Assembly: GCA_965235115.1 (NCBI GenBank)
Contig: OZ249436.1
Span: 27,778,001 to 27,842,000 of the forward strand
Direction: 5' to 3'
Length of the DNA stretch: 64,000 bases
Origin: Laetmonice hystrix
Taxonomy: Eukaryota
In this document: positions 39,241 through 52,620 of the stretch, piece after piece
Position numbering within the stretch: the stretch's first letter is position 1
Layout: each line of letters opens with the position of its first letter
The notes under the pieces: generated by a model
What the model saw: the letters and a program-made list of their open reading frames with translations, nothing else
Told to the model about the DNA's origin: nothing
Databases searched by the model: none
Program-made: the position numbers and the translations under genes

Positions 39241-42200
39241 CTATTTTTCAGCGTTACGGATAGCCCAGGTCATAAAGTAGGTTTTCGAGGCGTCGACGTA
39301 ACTAGAAGCGATGCCACTTCCGTCTCCGGTGCGCACGGCCTGTAAGAAATGTTCCATTTCCGTCATGTACGGGTCGTCATCCGGAAAGGTGAGCACTTCC
39401 TCCTCTTCACTCCCCGACCTGCGCACGCGCACGGTACAGGCGCTCGTGTACGGATCGTCCAGAACCAATCGCATACCGTCCATTATCACCTCAACCTGAA
39501 CGTCGTATCTGTGAAAGGGATTGTCAAACACGGCAATGTGCAGAAACTGTTAAAGAAGTACTTTTTTTATTCCCATCTGGTTGTTTTCCGATATGATGAT
39601 TCATTCTTCTTATAAGTCTAACCTAGGTACAACTGTCATCATTTTCTTCCGAATAATGACCGAGAACACTGTTTCAAAAAAGAGTGAGAGTCGTAATGTA
39701 ATGTCGTAAAGCAACAACTACTTCTTTCCATGTAGTGCAACAATGCGAAGAAGACAGCCGACCCCGCCACTTGTGAACCTCCACTGTGATACGGTAACTC
39801 GGGGAGCACGGGCAGAATCGGGAAGACCCACGTCACAGCCGGCCGGAACCTTAGGAAAGACAATATCTGATCAAACCCAGCTATATATGACATTAAATGT
39901 AGTATAATACAGCTGGATTTATTTAGGCTGTATGCTTAGATTCACTCCTGTCTTTTCAGTAACGAGTTTAGAAAAAAGAAAACTAGGAAGGGGGTGCGGA
40001 GGCCTTTCAAATGAATCAATTGTTAATCATGAAGATCGGCAGTGGTCTAAGACCCTAAGTACGGAGGGTGCACAGGCAGCCCTTTGCCCACATCGTCAAT
40101 CGGTCACTTTACCCAGTATGATATGATGGAGATTCGGGATGCCGGCTCTACCCGACTATTCAAAGTGATCTACTCCTGCATGGTATCCTTACCTTAGCCA
40201 AACTGCCAGCAGAACCTGCCCCTTCGTCTCGTACACAGACAGTCTGCACCGAATTATTGACGATATCTCCTGCCAGGTAGCGCGCAACGTCACACAGGTG
40301 AGTGGCCTGTTCTACAATCGGCCCACCACTGCATCGGCTGTCCCACCTTAGAAACAAGAAACGCATATGGGCGGTGGGGGGGGGGGGGGGCTAATTCTAT
40401 CAATGCCAATAGGTTTCCCCTCTTTGATTTTCTATAGTGTACGGGCCTAATAATGATAAACGTGCAGAATAGCGGGCCTAATAATGATAAACGTGCAGAA
40501 TAGCAGGCCTTCGCAGACCTTTCCGGTAAATTGGCACAAAAGGAAGAGGGTGTGTCTTGCGTTTGGGCAAGTCTTGACTGTCAAAAAGAGGCGAAAACCA
40601 TCGACCTTACCAGTGTGGGTTGTCTGCGTGTTCGTATGCTAATGTATAACGCGCGGTGAGAGCCATCACGTGACCACCGTGCTGGTCAATCAGCTCCTTC
40701 ATCTTCCTCACGGCTGCATGATACCTAGGAACGTAGAATTACAACCGGTGCCACATTTTGAAACTTCCACCATTGTAGAAGTTCCATGTTAATTTGATAC
40801 TTTGATTCCCTGATGGACTGTGTAGGATTCCCAGTGGATTAACGCTCAGAGTGTCGTTCTGAAGGTTCTTTGGTAGACTTTGATACGTGCTCAAAGTTCC
40901 TGAAGTTATAGGGGGGGGGGGGGGGTGGTCAAAAGGACGCAGCGAGTTAAACATACCTATATGTGCAACTAACCTGAACATGTAGCCTACGGATACGATG
41001 ACCCCAGCCTCTGCCTGAGCAGACATCATTGCCTCAACATACGCCTTGAAGTTGTCACCCTTGGCCAACGACAGCGGCTTCTCAACGAATACATGGACGC
41101 CCTTACGGACATATTGTAATTCGAGATCTTTCCCATCTTCTAGCGAACCTCTGCATTGAGCATGGGTTTTTATTGTTAGTATACAACGAGGCTTCAGTAT
41201 AGCAGGCCACCTAAGGCCCGTTTCATGACTCGTTAAGAAAATGCGTTAATTACTGCGCGCTAGTTGATAGCGCGAAGTTTAATGCATTTTGCTGAGAGTC
41301 ACTCGGCTCACCATTGACTGACTTCGTCATGTCTCGGCTGTACAACGCAGACAACAACAAACTCGCGTGGTGCCGCCGTCCAAAACATGGCAAACCCCCC
41401 ACTAAACCTGTGTCGACTTTACAGAGTTAAAATATGTGATTTGCTTTGTTATCGCGACCCGAGACCCGCGATAAATCTCGACCCGAGAAATCTCGACCTG
41501 CGATTGATCAGCACGATAGGCCTACTTTTGGGCCACCATAGGTGAACCTGACCTAGAAGCAGCCACGATGTTCCTAGTGTGTTGAGAGTGTGAGTGTACA
41601 TCCGTTGACGTTATACAGCAACTTTTTAGGCCGACAGTGGATGTATTTTTACAAAAAAGTCGAAGATTATGTGTAATAACATAATAATATGCGGTAGACC
41701 TACCAGCACGTGCTGTATATTTGTATACAGTACCGCGCTCTGTTAATTTACAGCAAATTGTATTGTAGATTTTATTACATGCAGGAAAAGATCTGGACTG
41801 TTGTCTGACTGAGCCCGCAACTTAAACATGTGATTGAACGGGTTAATTTTACAGTTCCCGCCAAAAGGGGGTTACTCCGACCCCCTCGAGGCCCCCTGGC
41901 TAAAATCACAACTTATAGTCAGTGGATAAAGTACGGGAGCCCGTATATATATTTATTTTATGGCTGCCGCACTTTCCCTGTCCTGATTGGTCAGTTCCCT
42001 GTCACGTGATCACAGATAAAAACTAATATTGCACGGAAAAAGTAATATTGACCAGTCAATATTACTTTTGCATTGCCGTCAAGTGTTTTCACCCCCTCGT
42101 GCAAATAGGCTCCTAGGCATTCTTAACGTAAGTTTAATAGAACAGCCTGGGGGTGACAGCGTATGATAGCAAAGCGGAAACTACGCGAGGCTGAGTTCAG

Positions 42201-43083
42201 AATCTTATATAGCCTCTAGTTTAGGCTAGCTCTAGGCCTAGCTAGATAAAGCAGTCGTGAACACGATGGATCCCTGTAGCCTATCTAATTTCCCGACATG
42301 AGAAGTTTATGTGGTGACTGATTGTTAATTGGTCATGGTTTTGATCATGAATTGTGAGTACTGACGCACTGAGGCTCAGCACCGGTAGGCCTAGGTCTAG
42401 ATGATGAGTCTTATGAAGTAAAGTTAAACTGACTGTGCAGTCGTCGATGGGTCCTGGCATAGACAGGAAAAGTGCGGCAGTCATAAAATAAAACAAATAT
42501 GGCACTTGGTATCGTGCAGTATGAAAATTTATGGCACTCTGGAAACTGATATTGCACTCCGCTTCGCGTCGTGCAATATCAGTTGCCATCGTGCCATAAA
42601 TTTTCATATTGCACTCAACCAAGTGCCATATTTGTATAATAGTGACCCTATTCTCCTCTTCCCAGCCTGAGCTTCTTAACAACGTACTAATAATAAAATC
42701 AAATGCGATTAAGAAAAATTGCAATCCGTCAAAGAGGTTTGACCCTCAATACCGAATGCAGTCAATGGTCAATAAGAAACTTGGAAACTTTCTGACCTTA
42801 CGAACGGAGGTGTGCCGATGATAACCACATCGGGCCTGCTGTGTTGGAGCAGGTCTTTGGTTGAGCTGTACACCTGACAACCCTCATATATCCTAGCATG
42901 GACCCCGGCCCTACGTCTGGTTAGTGCCGTGTGGGCTACTTCCGTCAGAGGGTCGACGATTGCCACTATCTCCACATTGGGTATTTGTTCTAGACGAGAG
43001 GCGTGGTCCCAAGGCCCCTCACTGTTTCCAAAGTTAACCCTCCCGGCGCCTATAAACGCGACACGGAGGCAGCGCTCAGACAT
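39241..43083 (-). CDS. Oxidoreductase copy E (most divergent), 6 exons
   Basis: Exons 43083-42797, 41150-40974, 40724-40611, 40346-40193, 39849-39722, 39508-39241. Exon lengths are conserved while introns diverge. N-terminus MSERCLRVAFIGAGRVNFGNSEGPW. Confidence 0.9.
41950..42638. mobile_element. Insertion in intron 1 of copy E with subterminal IR and terminal long hairpin (Crypton-like non-autonomous)
   Basis: Inserted in cccgtatatatagtgaccc, a site that is empty in A-D. IR tatggctgccgcactttccctgtc / gacaggaaaagtgcggcagtcata. Hairpin with ~65-bp arms at ~42493-42635. Confidence 0.55.
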
Positions 43084-43201
43084 CGTCGTCTTCGTCGTCT
43101 TACCTCGGAGGCTTCAGTTTGTGAAATGGGACTGCGCGGGCAACAAGCGCGAAGTCTTGTGTGTCAAGTGCGTTATCGTAAGATTTCACCGCTAGGGGGC
43201 T

Positions 43202-43240
43202 TAGTAGTAGTAGTAGTGGTAGTAGTAGTAGTAGTAGTAG
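43202..43240. repeat. (TAG)n microsatellite
   Basis: Seen directly, just upstream of copy E. Confidence 0.9.
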
Positions 43241-44049
43241 TTTTATTGACATATTATGGAGCGCAGGTGATGTATTATTGTATACAATATACAATGAGTT
43301 TATACCAACGTACGCGCAAGGAAATGTCCATTAATTAAGCAACACGAGGTAGGGGTAACAATACTAGGATGCAAGTTTCTTCGAAATCAAACGAGGTAAG
43401 AGAACGTCACTGAGAGAAGTCTGAGTTTGCGAAAATACCCCCGGTCTGCTAACCGAGGGTGTACATAACTTTGAGTGCTTTGTGGCAATAGCCTGCCACG
43501 GGCTTCGGGTCACCACTCATTAGGCCTTGCATGGAGGCAAAGTTTAGGCTGCTGCGAGCACTCCTTAGCGGGCGGGTTACGCAATAAAAGTAACCTACAA
43601 CACTTTACATACATGTAAGTCAGACCTCTCTAATCCGGATATATTGGTGGCCTATTAATTTTGTCCGGATGTCGAGTTGTCCGGATTAGAGAATGACCTA
43701 CTTTATGCCGACTAGTGGCCAGGTGCATTACCGACTAAACTGCCACCTAATGGCAGAAGCATTGCAGGTAGCTCCACCTCATAATATGAAGAACAACGTG
43801 ATACCACTATCACAATTGTAGCTAAAAGTACATGATACCACTTCAAAGTATTCTTAAGTGGCTTAATCCACTAAGAAGATACTTAAGAATGGCTTGCATG
43901 CAGTTGGGATGTCACTGGGAATATTTCCTGCAAGTTTTATAAATGTACTCAACATGCTGATTGAAACCCTGAAATGACCAGTTGTGGGGTCAATGAGTGC
44001 ACTTAGACCTATCACTTGTTCTAAAGTAACTTTGTCCAAACTTTTGACA

Positions 44050-45470
44050 CTTAAGAATGATTGATCTTTATTCTGGGTTGCCAAAGGAGTAGTAGTAGTG
44101 GTGGTGATTTTCCGCCGTGTCGGCATCGGGGGCCATATTCACGGCGAAAACAGTGTTCTTCCACTTGTCTAACAATGCCAGCGTTCATTACTGGAGACCC
44201 CAAGTAAATATACCTGTCCATGACGCTGATGGTTACGCCATCTAGTTCAAAAGGGTCTCGGTCCTCAGTGTTAACTGCGATGTACTGCGATTTCATAGGA
44301 TGAATTTGCGTGCCAAAGTCGCGGGCGGCTTGGTGGAGTCCGCGTAACTTCTCGGTCATGCGCTGGCGCGAGGTTGCAAGTATGGCGGTGTCGTCAATGG
44401 CTGTATGCCGCTAGTTGTCTGGTTTTTGCAATGGTGTGGTCGATCAGTAGCGTAAACAGAGAGCAGCTCGTACGTCCTCCTTGACGTACGCCCATCGTGG
44501 AGGTTATACTCTCAACACCCAAGATGCTAAGTGATCGTTTCATCGATTGGCCTATTGCTTGCAGGAAATGCCTCCCGCATCCCTTTCTCGCCTGAGTAGT
44601 ACACTGAGTAGTACACTGCGGTTCACTTTATCATAAGCCTTTACGTAGTCGACAAAAACCACATATAACGTCTGTTTTTTGTGTCTAGCAATCTCTAGGC
44701 CTATTAGTAGTCGAATAGTGAGTATTTGTTCGATGCACCCACGGCCGCGCTGGGCCCCGACTTGCTCCACGTTTGGAGTGTAGGAAGGTGGGGTAAAATG
44801 GCCACCTTAAGCTCCAGGGTGATTTTTACATAAGTTAATGCACTATGAAGAGGAGCTGACTATATGCAATTGAAACATGACCTTATCAGCAGCAACATAG
44901 ATGAAGTGAACATGAATCCTACAAGCCATTTCCAGGAAAATCTGCCAAGAAATATTTTGCCAAAGTGGGCCATTTTGTCCAATGGGTTGTACAAAATGGC
45001 CCACCTATATGGGGTAAAATTAATATTGCCCCACCTGCCAACTCACATGTTCTGTCAATGTCATACAAGAGGTACGCATGAGAGAGTTGGATTCTTTTAT
45101 CCTATAAATTAGTTCACTAACTGACTTATCAATGGGTACAATCACTCCAGGCTGTCTTGATTACAAGTGATGACATCTAGTCTGCCATACTTAGGCCTAT
45201 CCTAGGTCAGAGACGTCACTTTTTGACTTCGATCATCTGTCGGCCACTGGATGAACTGACGTCGTCTGCATGGCTTGTTCCAAGACGTACATCACATAGA
45301 CTAACAGTACATATAGTCAACGCTAGATGGCAGCAGCTAACAGCTCAGATAATGGGGTGGGCCATATGACCCGCATAGGCCATTTTACCCCACCTTCCTA
45401 CCATAAAGTCAAGCGACTGTTTAGAATGCTGTCATAGAACTTTGCAAGGGCATTTAACAGCATGTGCTGG
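44050..45470 (-). mobile_element. Decayed non-LTR retrotransposon RT fragment
   Basis: EQVGAQRGRGCIEQILTIR, FVDYVKAYDKVNR, GVRQG, DDTAIL and YIYLGS motifs with frameshifts. Confidence 0.85.
44783..45398. mobile_element. TA-targeting (pogo/Tc1-mariner-like) MITE inserted in the RT fragment
   Basis: TIR ggaaggtggggtaaaatggcc / ggccattttaccccaccttcc with a TA TSD. Removing it restores LWYTPNVEQVG. Confidence 0.8.
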
Positions 45471-46880
45471 AAGACGGTGGAGTGCTATAATTAATGACCA
45501 CTGGGTTGGAGAATCCAGAACAGTATCGACATAGACATCATTATCCTTTCTTATATACATAAAGTTTCGGAGGTGCACAAGTCTTCTGGTTTACCTTTAA
45601 AACTGGAAAAATTATTTAGAAGCTAGCTGCAGCATTTCCTGAAATTCTGACGAGGGGTCAGGGGCCTAGGCCCCCAGTGATTCACCCCCGCAAGTATAGA
45701 TGTCCAGGGGCAAAAGTTCAGGGGAGCAGAATGTTTGCATTATCTGTTGGTTCTGACGAGCTCAGTGACGACCCAACAGTTTCAGTGAAAACCGAATAAC
45801 TGAAGTCTAGTAGACTAGGTAGACTAGTCCCCAATAGATTATTTCCAAGAATGGCCGCCGTCCCCAGCAACGCCTAGCAACCAGCCGAGGTCTGGGAAGC
45901 GAGCAGCCTATGTCCATTAACTAGCATTACACGCTACGGTACGGGCAACCTTAAAATTGTACAAGGTAGCTTCTGTATAAAACACAACCACTATCACCAA
46001 CAGGTCAAGGATTACTCTAGGAACACGTACAGTTTGTTAGAACAGTGGTTTGCATAGAGCCGAGGAGAAAATTACCACATTTTGTCGACCGTATGAGACA
46101 AACAGCGGGCGACAATAGCAGAACATGCCAACGTGTTCGTGGGGACTTTGCAACAGTAACTCACAATATGGGCCGCAAGAAAAGCGGCTACGGCAAGAAA
46201 TAAATAATAACAGAATGCCCTCCAAAAGAAGGATTTTTCTCTGTTCTGGGACTGCTCGCTGTGTTAAGTCAATCTTGTAACACATCTCAATGTGTCATTG
46301 TGTGCGCCACACTTAACAAGTCATGCACCCGACCCTCCTCCTTGTATGGTTCACACCTCCCCTCATTGTTTGGCTCAGGGGGCTCATTTGAGTAATAACC
46401 AAACAGTAATGTTCTTTTAACAACAACTATATAGACGCCACACCCTGTCTCAACAGAACGAAGGGTTGTTATAACTTTAAAGGTCTGCTTCCAGTGCCTC
46501 TCTGGGTTGATCTGTCTCCCCTCTAGACATCAAGCATGACTGGGATATCTGAATGCAACTAGGATACAGTTTCTCTGATTAGTGTTATTTTCTTTAAATA
46601 CCATGAATGAGTACCATTACTCTAGTCCGCAAACGTGCCATCAACTGTCAGACAGCGATCACCGAAGCTCTTTTGATAGGCATTCAAGTTCTCTCCATCA
46701 TAGTGATCAGCCAGACTGCAGATCAGATAGGCTAGTTAAAAATATCACGAACTGTGAGTAGTGGCGCACTGCTGAGGTCATCCGTGAATCCTTGAATCCT
46801 TGATCCCCAGTGAACTCAACCTTTTGGATATCTCATCAGCCTCATTTCAAGTATAGGCCTACTGAAGTCTAGATCCACGT

Positions 46881-47057
46881 CAGGGCCGTGCCCAGAGATT
46901 GGTGCAAGGGGGGGGGGGGGGGGGGGGGTATTCGTGCAGGAGGGTTACAGTGGACGGATCCAAGTGTTAGTTAGGACCTAAAAAAAACAAAAAGAAAAAA
47001 ATCTTTAGCACCCAGGGGGGTTACAGACACCCAAAACCCCCCTTGGGCACGGCCATG
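46881..47057. mobile_element. Poly-G MITE, 5-bp TSD
   Basis: cagggccgtgccca / tgggcacggccatg flanked by cacgt on both sides. Confidence 0.75.
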
Positions 47058-49121
47058 CACGTCCAAGTTCTGTTCTGAAAAAACTCTTGCAAGGAGAAAC
47101 TAAAGTTCCCTTCCTCAAGTTCTTGTGCACTGTGACGGCAACTCCACGCTCCTGTAGGTACTTTTTTCAACCCAGGGATAGTCCATTTATCGAACTTATC
47201 CATTTGGCTTAAGATTGTATCTCACAATGCACAAAACCCAACAAAATCTGTACTTAATCTGGACAATAAGTCTAACTGACACACACAGTAAGAACGCGTT
47301 GCTAGGGTGCGCTTCCCAGACCTAGCAACAACAGCGCCACCACCGGGCGTCTTGGGAGTTACTTGGAAACTGTGTCAACGGTGAACCTACAATACCATAA
47401 CCATGCAGCCCCATACCGCTGTACATGGCGGCGTCAACATGCACGTGGCGCCATCATAGTTTATAAGGTTACTAGGAGACCTAGTGCAACAGGCGGTCTC
47501 CCTTGAATAAATGTTTTCATACGGTCCAGCAATGTTGGCACTGCGTCCCATCAGGCCACAACACAAATCGTGCACTTCTGCTGCACCTTTCCAATTCTAA
47601 TAACACGGGAGAGTATCTAAAGAGCTTCCTGGGAAACATTCTTCATATATTGAGACATCCGCAGTAATAGGCCTATCAGGGATGTCTCTTCTTTTCTCTC
47701 TTTTTTCATTCATATATTTTGCCATGAGGTTCTACAGAAGGCTCTACTCCTGACAAGCAGGCCAAGACGCGAAGTGGGAGAGTGATTACCAAACCAGCAC
47801 GATTCAGAGACTATTAACCTTGTGAATGGGTGTGTTTTTTGTTTTATATCAAGTGCTACCAGCTACATCCGGGTCGCGGCGCATGCCCAGAGGCGAGCGC
47901 ATATCATTACAGACTTCTTACCTAGCCAGTATTACCCACTCTAGTGTTTCTCGCTTTGGCTTGAAAGAAATATTAGACTAGCTTCCAAAGTAAATAGGCT
48001 GGGAGGAAGTTCATTTTTGTAGCTTTGCCAAAATCAACGCTGAGGGCGACTGATAGATCATTCCGTTCGACATTGGTCAGACTGTGTAAATTTCACCTTT
48101 TCCCACGTGGCGGCACCACTAGAGACGTCTGGGTGCCGACCGTGCTACCACCTGTCGGTGGTAGTCAGCGCTACTGACTGCTGTACAAACTCCGGCGTGA
48201 TTCATATGGGGGCAAGCCACATGTTACGTCGGGGAGGCCTCCTGGAAAAGGATCTCACTTCCGCATCCACACTATCACAAGTGTCAAACAAATATCTTTT
48301 AAACTAATCACGATGTGTTGAGATGAAGACCAAAATGAATGAGGTCAACAGACAATGAACTAGGATATATAGGAAGTATAGAGTTAAGTATAGGCCGAGA
48401 GACGAGGTAACGGAACGGATGCTACACGTCTGTGCACCTCCTGACAAAAACGATAGGTAAGCCGGCGATAGTTTTGATTGTTTGGTTTAAAAAAAACATG
48501 GCTAGCCGTACAGCTAGCCTACATATCTGATATGGGCCTAGTAGGCGTGCATTTACGTCTCACGGGTGAGGGCAAGAATAAAATCCTCAGTCAACTTCAA
48601 GCCTCTCTTATGACAGCTCAACTATATGTCTATGATACAGTGGAGTTGCAACACCCCTGTGAAATTTTGATTTGTGGAGTCCTGCCACTAGAGGCTAAAT
48701 CCCCCTATAGATTTCGGCGCTAAACCCCCATACTTGATTAGTATCGACGAGAGTGTAAGTATAATAGAATTCTGAGAAACCAGGCCAAGTTCGACAAGGC
48801 CGTCTCCGATGGCGCCGTCGGTGCAGGTCCAAACGTTTTTTTTAACAGTCCAAGTTTTCAACAGGAGGTGATCCTTGCCCGTCAGTGGTGTTAGGCGGCT
48901 GGCCCTGCCCGGCAGGTGGTAGCTATAGGTAATCGACCCTTGCTGGATGAAGGCATTCGTACGTCTCTGCCCATTGCACACACCCAAGCAGGTGGTCTGT
49001 GTTGGCGGGCCTTCCGGAGGTTTGAAGAGAGCCCTAATGAAGCGTCGAAAGTTCGAAATGGGAGCACAAAGAAGCTCAAACTCGTTGCCCCCCTTTTTAC
49101 TTGGTAAAATATTGTTTTACA

Positions 49122-49124
<3 letters not shown>

Positions 49125-49162
<38 letters not shown>

Positions 49163-49250
49163 TCGAGAGACAGAGAGAGAGGGAGAAAGAGAAAGGGAGA
49201 GAGTGAGACCGAGAAAGAGAGACAGAGAGACAGAGAGAGGAGAGAGAGAC
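49125..49250. repeat. (GA)n microsatellite
   Basis: Seen directly. Confidence 0.95.
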
Positions 49251-49490
49251 TCCTCCGCAGCCTGCATGTGGGATCATTTTACCTAAAACGTTCTGGAAAA
49301 TGATGCCAAACGGGCTCAAACTGGATGCGAACAGAGTGAACGTAGTAGCAACTGTTTACGATCTGTTTAAGAACTTTATGGACGGGCTCGGACTGGTTTG
49401 GACGGGAATGGTGCTCTAGAACTTTGAGCATGTTCAAAATTTTTCCCGTCCTGCAATTAGACGTCGTGACAACGGACTTAAAACGCGATG

Positions 49491-49577
49491 GACGTACTAC
49501 GAACGGAATTGCCGCACTACGAACGGAATTGCCGCACTACGAACGGAATTGCCGTACTATGAACGGAATTGACGTAC
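49491..49577. repeat. 20-bp tandem repeat, ~4 copies
   Basis: g(a/c)cg(t/c)actacgaacggaatt repeated. Confidence 0.9.
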
Positions 49578-49912
49578 TTCGATCCTACTATAGAGACGTG
49601 TTACAACGTGACGTAGTCGGGCATCAATTAGCAGTACGACCGGATCAGTTTGTAGCTCGGCCGGGTCCGTTTGCTTGTTCATCCCGTTTGAAGCGTTGAA
49701 CGGGAGTGAGGAATGGCAAGCACGCGCTGGGTTTTTATAGCCCTCGAGCCAGGACGGGATTGCACGCACTGGAGGCACGTTCGAACGCACTAAGAACGAG
49801 ATGAGACGGGTTGAACTGTCTCTGAACGGGTTGGTCGGGTTACAAACTAGTTTGAACACGTTGTGAACTATAATGGGTTTGGACGTATTGGGAACGAGGT
49901 AGAACTAGTTAA

Positions 49913-50575
49913 AGGGAAATGTGAGTGTTCAAAGTGCCGCGTAGTGAGTCGCGTTGGTACTACTGGGGAAATGTGAGTGTTCAAAGCGCCGCGTAGTGAG
50001 CTTTAAAGGGAAATGTGAGTGTTCAAAGCGCCACCTAGTGAGTCACGTTGGTACCACGGGGAAAATGCGAGTATTCAAAGCGCCGCGTATGAGCTTTAAC
50101 AGAAAAACGTTTGGCTTATTTATGCAGTCAATTAGTTTGATGTGGAAATCAGTAGTATTTTTTAAACCATATACTGTGTGCCAGAACCTGTCTACTCCAT
50201 TGAATGCTATAGTTAAGACCCGTGTTTTACCAAGGCACTGTCTGTTTGGCAGGCTGTACCTTTTTTTGGATTAGTTGACCCCCATTTTGTTTTAAACTAT
50301 TAGTCCTGATCCACTTTATCTTGTCACCGAGTTTTAGGAGAAAATTGGTGGTCATTTTTTAACTATTAGTCAAAATGTCTGAAAAGAAAACGTTTTTCCC
50401 ATTGAAACCTATAGTAAAGACCCATTTTTTACGGAGGCCTGTATAAATAAATCTAATTCGTTGACATAATATTTTTTTGTTTCTTTGTACTCCTAAGGAC
50501 AAAGGTTATCCCCCATAAACATATTTTGAAAATTATAGTGGTCAATAAAATTCCGTCGAACACTCACATTTCCCT
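49913..50575. mobile_element. Kolobok-like MITE with reiterated left end
   Basis: TTAA TSD and TIR agggaaatgtgagtgttc / gaacactcacatttccct. The left-end motif recurs at ~49966, ~50007 and, degenerate, ~50060. Confidence 0.75.
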
Positions 50576-52229
50576 TTAAGAAGGGGTTTAAACTGATGGC
50601 AAATTTACCCAATCTGAACTTGATATTCATGAACTGACTGTGGACGGCATGCAGACGAGATGGACGTATTGAGGACTGTTTATGAACGAACTATTTGTAA
50701 GATCGTATTATAGACATTATTTGGCCAAGTTACACATTCTACCCCGACCACAACCCGTTTTACTGTTTTCTAGGACGGGGTAGGGCGTTTTGAGAACTTG
50801 TTTAGTATGATGGGGGCTTAAAGGAAAGCAATATGTGCCGTTGGACAGACTGGTTTAACAGACTGCTTTAACATGCTGGTTGAACATCTCACTGTCAAGT
50901 AATCTGACAAGTAGAGGAAGCCAAGTCATGTAGTCGCTGTTTCACGGCGACTGATGAAAAATCTCAAGGACAATATGGTAGCATATTGCACTACACCGTC
51001 TCTGCTGAGTAAGTGTACTAATTAATTAAACTTACATTGCTCATCCACTTCTATTGAGTATAAGCGACACTTTATGCACTCACTCTATACTGCTTCAGGT
51101 TGATTACATATAGGAAAAGAGTACTTTAATCTGACACTGTAATTAGGCAACAATCTGATTGACCCTTTCTACAAGCTGTGGGGAAAATCTCAATCAGGAA
51201 GTAGTGACGCAATATGCGAAAGAGCAGAATTGCCAAGTTATGTTTCCAGTCATTCATACTGACCCCATTCTATAAAGGTCATTTAACATTTTGTATCTGA
51301 ACTATAAAGAGCCGACCATTCTCAAATAGTAAATGTTGTGCAGCGTCACCTGTAGCCTACTACATCACCCGTATCATTCCATTGTGATTGGTGGGTCATT
51401 AGGACGTGACCTGTGTCCGATCTGATGGTCTCTCAACCATACAAAAAAATCAAGCCTGGAATTTTATGGACCTGTAAAAAGTAACGAAGGCAGGTGTTAT
51501 AACACCTGCTCAGTGGTATCGAAATGGGCTGCCAGGCTCCTATGACCTGGATGTTTAATTGGGTTCCACGGGTACAAGGTACGTCCATTCCCGGTTACAG
51601 GCCTTCTGCCTTTACGAAGTTGTAGAAAGGAAAAGTAACCCCTAAAAGCCGCACCGTTCTCTAACCCTGTTGTACTTTACAGTAACTGGTAAGGTAAGAT
51701 TGAAAATGCTGAGCTCACTCTTATGTGAAAGAATTACTATTTGGGTTAACTGTCAAAGTTAATTATTTTCTCTTAGAGTGTTATGTCTAAATGTACATTT
51801 GTGAGTTGTGTATGTCCAAAAAATATTTTCCTTGGAAAGACGGTAAATCTAGAAATTGAAGCGTCCGGCAAAATACTCCCCCAATGCCGCCATTGTGCAT
51901 CTTAAACAACCAGTATCCAAAGAGGGCGAAGTGCGGATGACTAAAATAAAAAAAAGTCGACACCCGACCTTTGGAACTACCCATAAATAGGGCGTTCAAT
52001 TTCCGTGAATTTCCCGAGAAATGATGTCAAGGTGTTGAGCGGATAGGTAACATATTTTGAACCGAGGGGGCAAGGGGACCCCCCCCCCCCCCCCAACTCT
52101 ATAGACAAGTGGGGGGGGAGCATTAGCATTGGCCCAGCAGCAGTGGCTATCTTTCGACCCGCTGCTGACCCGTAGTGGCCGCATTGGTTGCAACCTCTCC
52201 ACCACTTAGTATCTTCCGGCGCCTATAGA

Positions 52230-52620
52230 TGCGTTTTGATGATGCTTCCTAATCACTTAATGTTTGCGAACCCTTTGAGTGCCTTTAAAAGTCACCGTGA
52301 AATTCTACTTCATGCTTCCTGATCATGAGAATTTTGTCGAAATCCTGGAAGTTGTTAGCGGAATGTTCTTTTTGAACCGCAAATCATACGAGGTTCCAAT
52401 CGGTATTTAGATAGTAATCCCTTTTTCATAGTATCTGGACGGTGCTCATGTTGAGGTCCCGGTCAAAGCACACAACCTACTTGTCTTGAATGTTCCCAAT
52501 CGTTGCATCAGCTACCCAACCTAATACGAGGTGAGGGATTCGATCTCACACGTGGGCCTGGCAGACCTATATGTGTTTGCGTCTCCCGAGATCCAAGCTA
52601 ATAAACCGACTGTACAGGCT
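52230..52620 (-). mobile_element. Highly decayed L2/CR1-like LINE fragment
   Basis: Minus-strand VADATIGNIQDK*VVCFDRDLNMST and LTTSRI resemble post-RT LINE motifs. Confidence 0.35.

Noticed and set aside
45825..47370. Transposon accessory gene remnant (MDKFDKWTIPGLKK..)
   Set aside because: Too fragmented to assign, and I could not define termini or a TSD.
48891..49319. ORFs rich in ER/LS repeats
   Set aside because: Artefacts of the (GA)n microsatellite.
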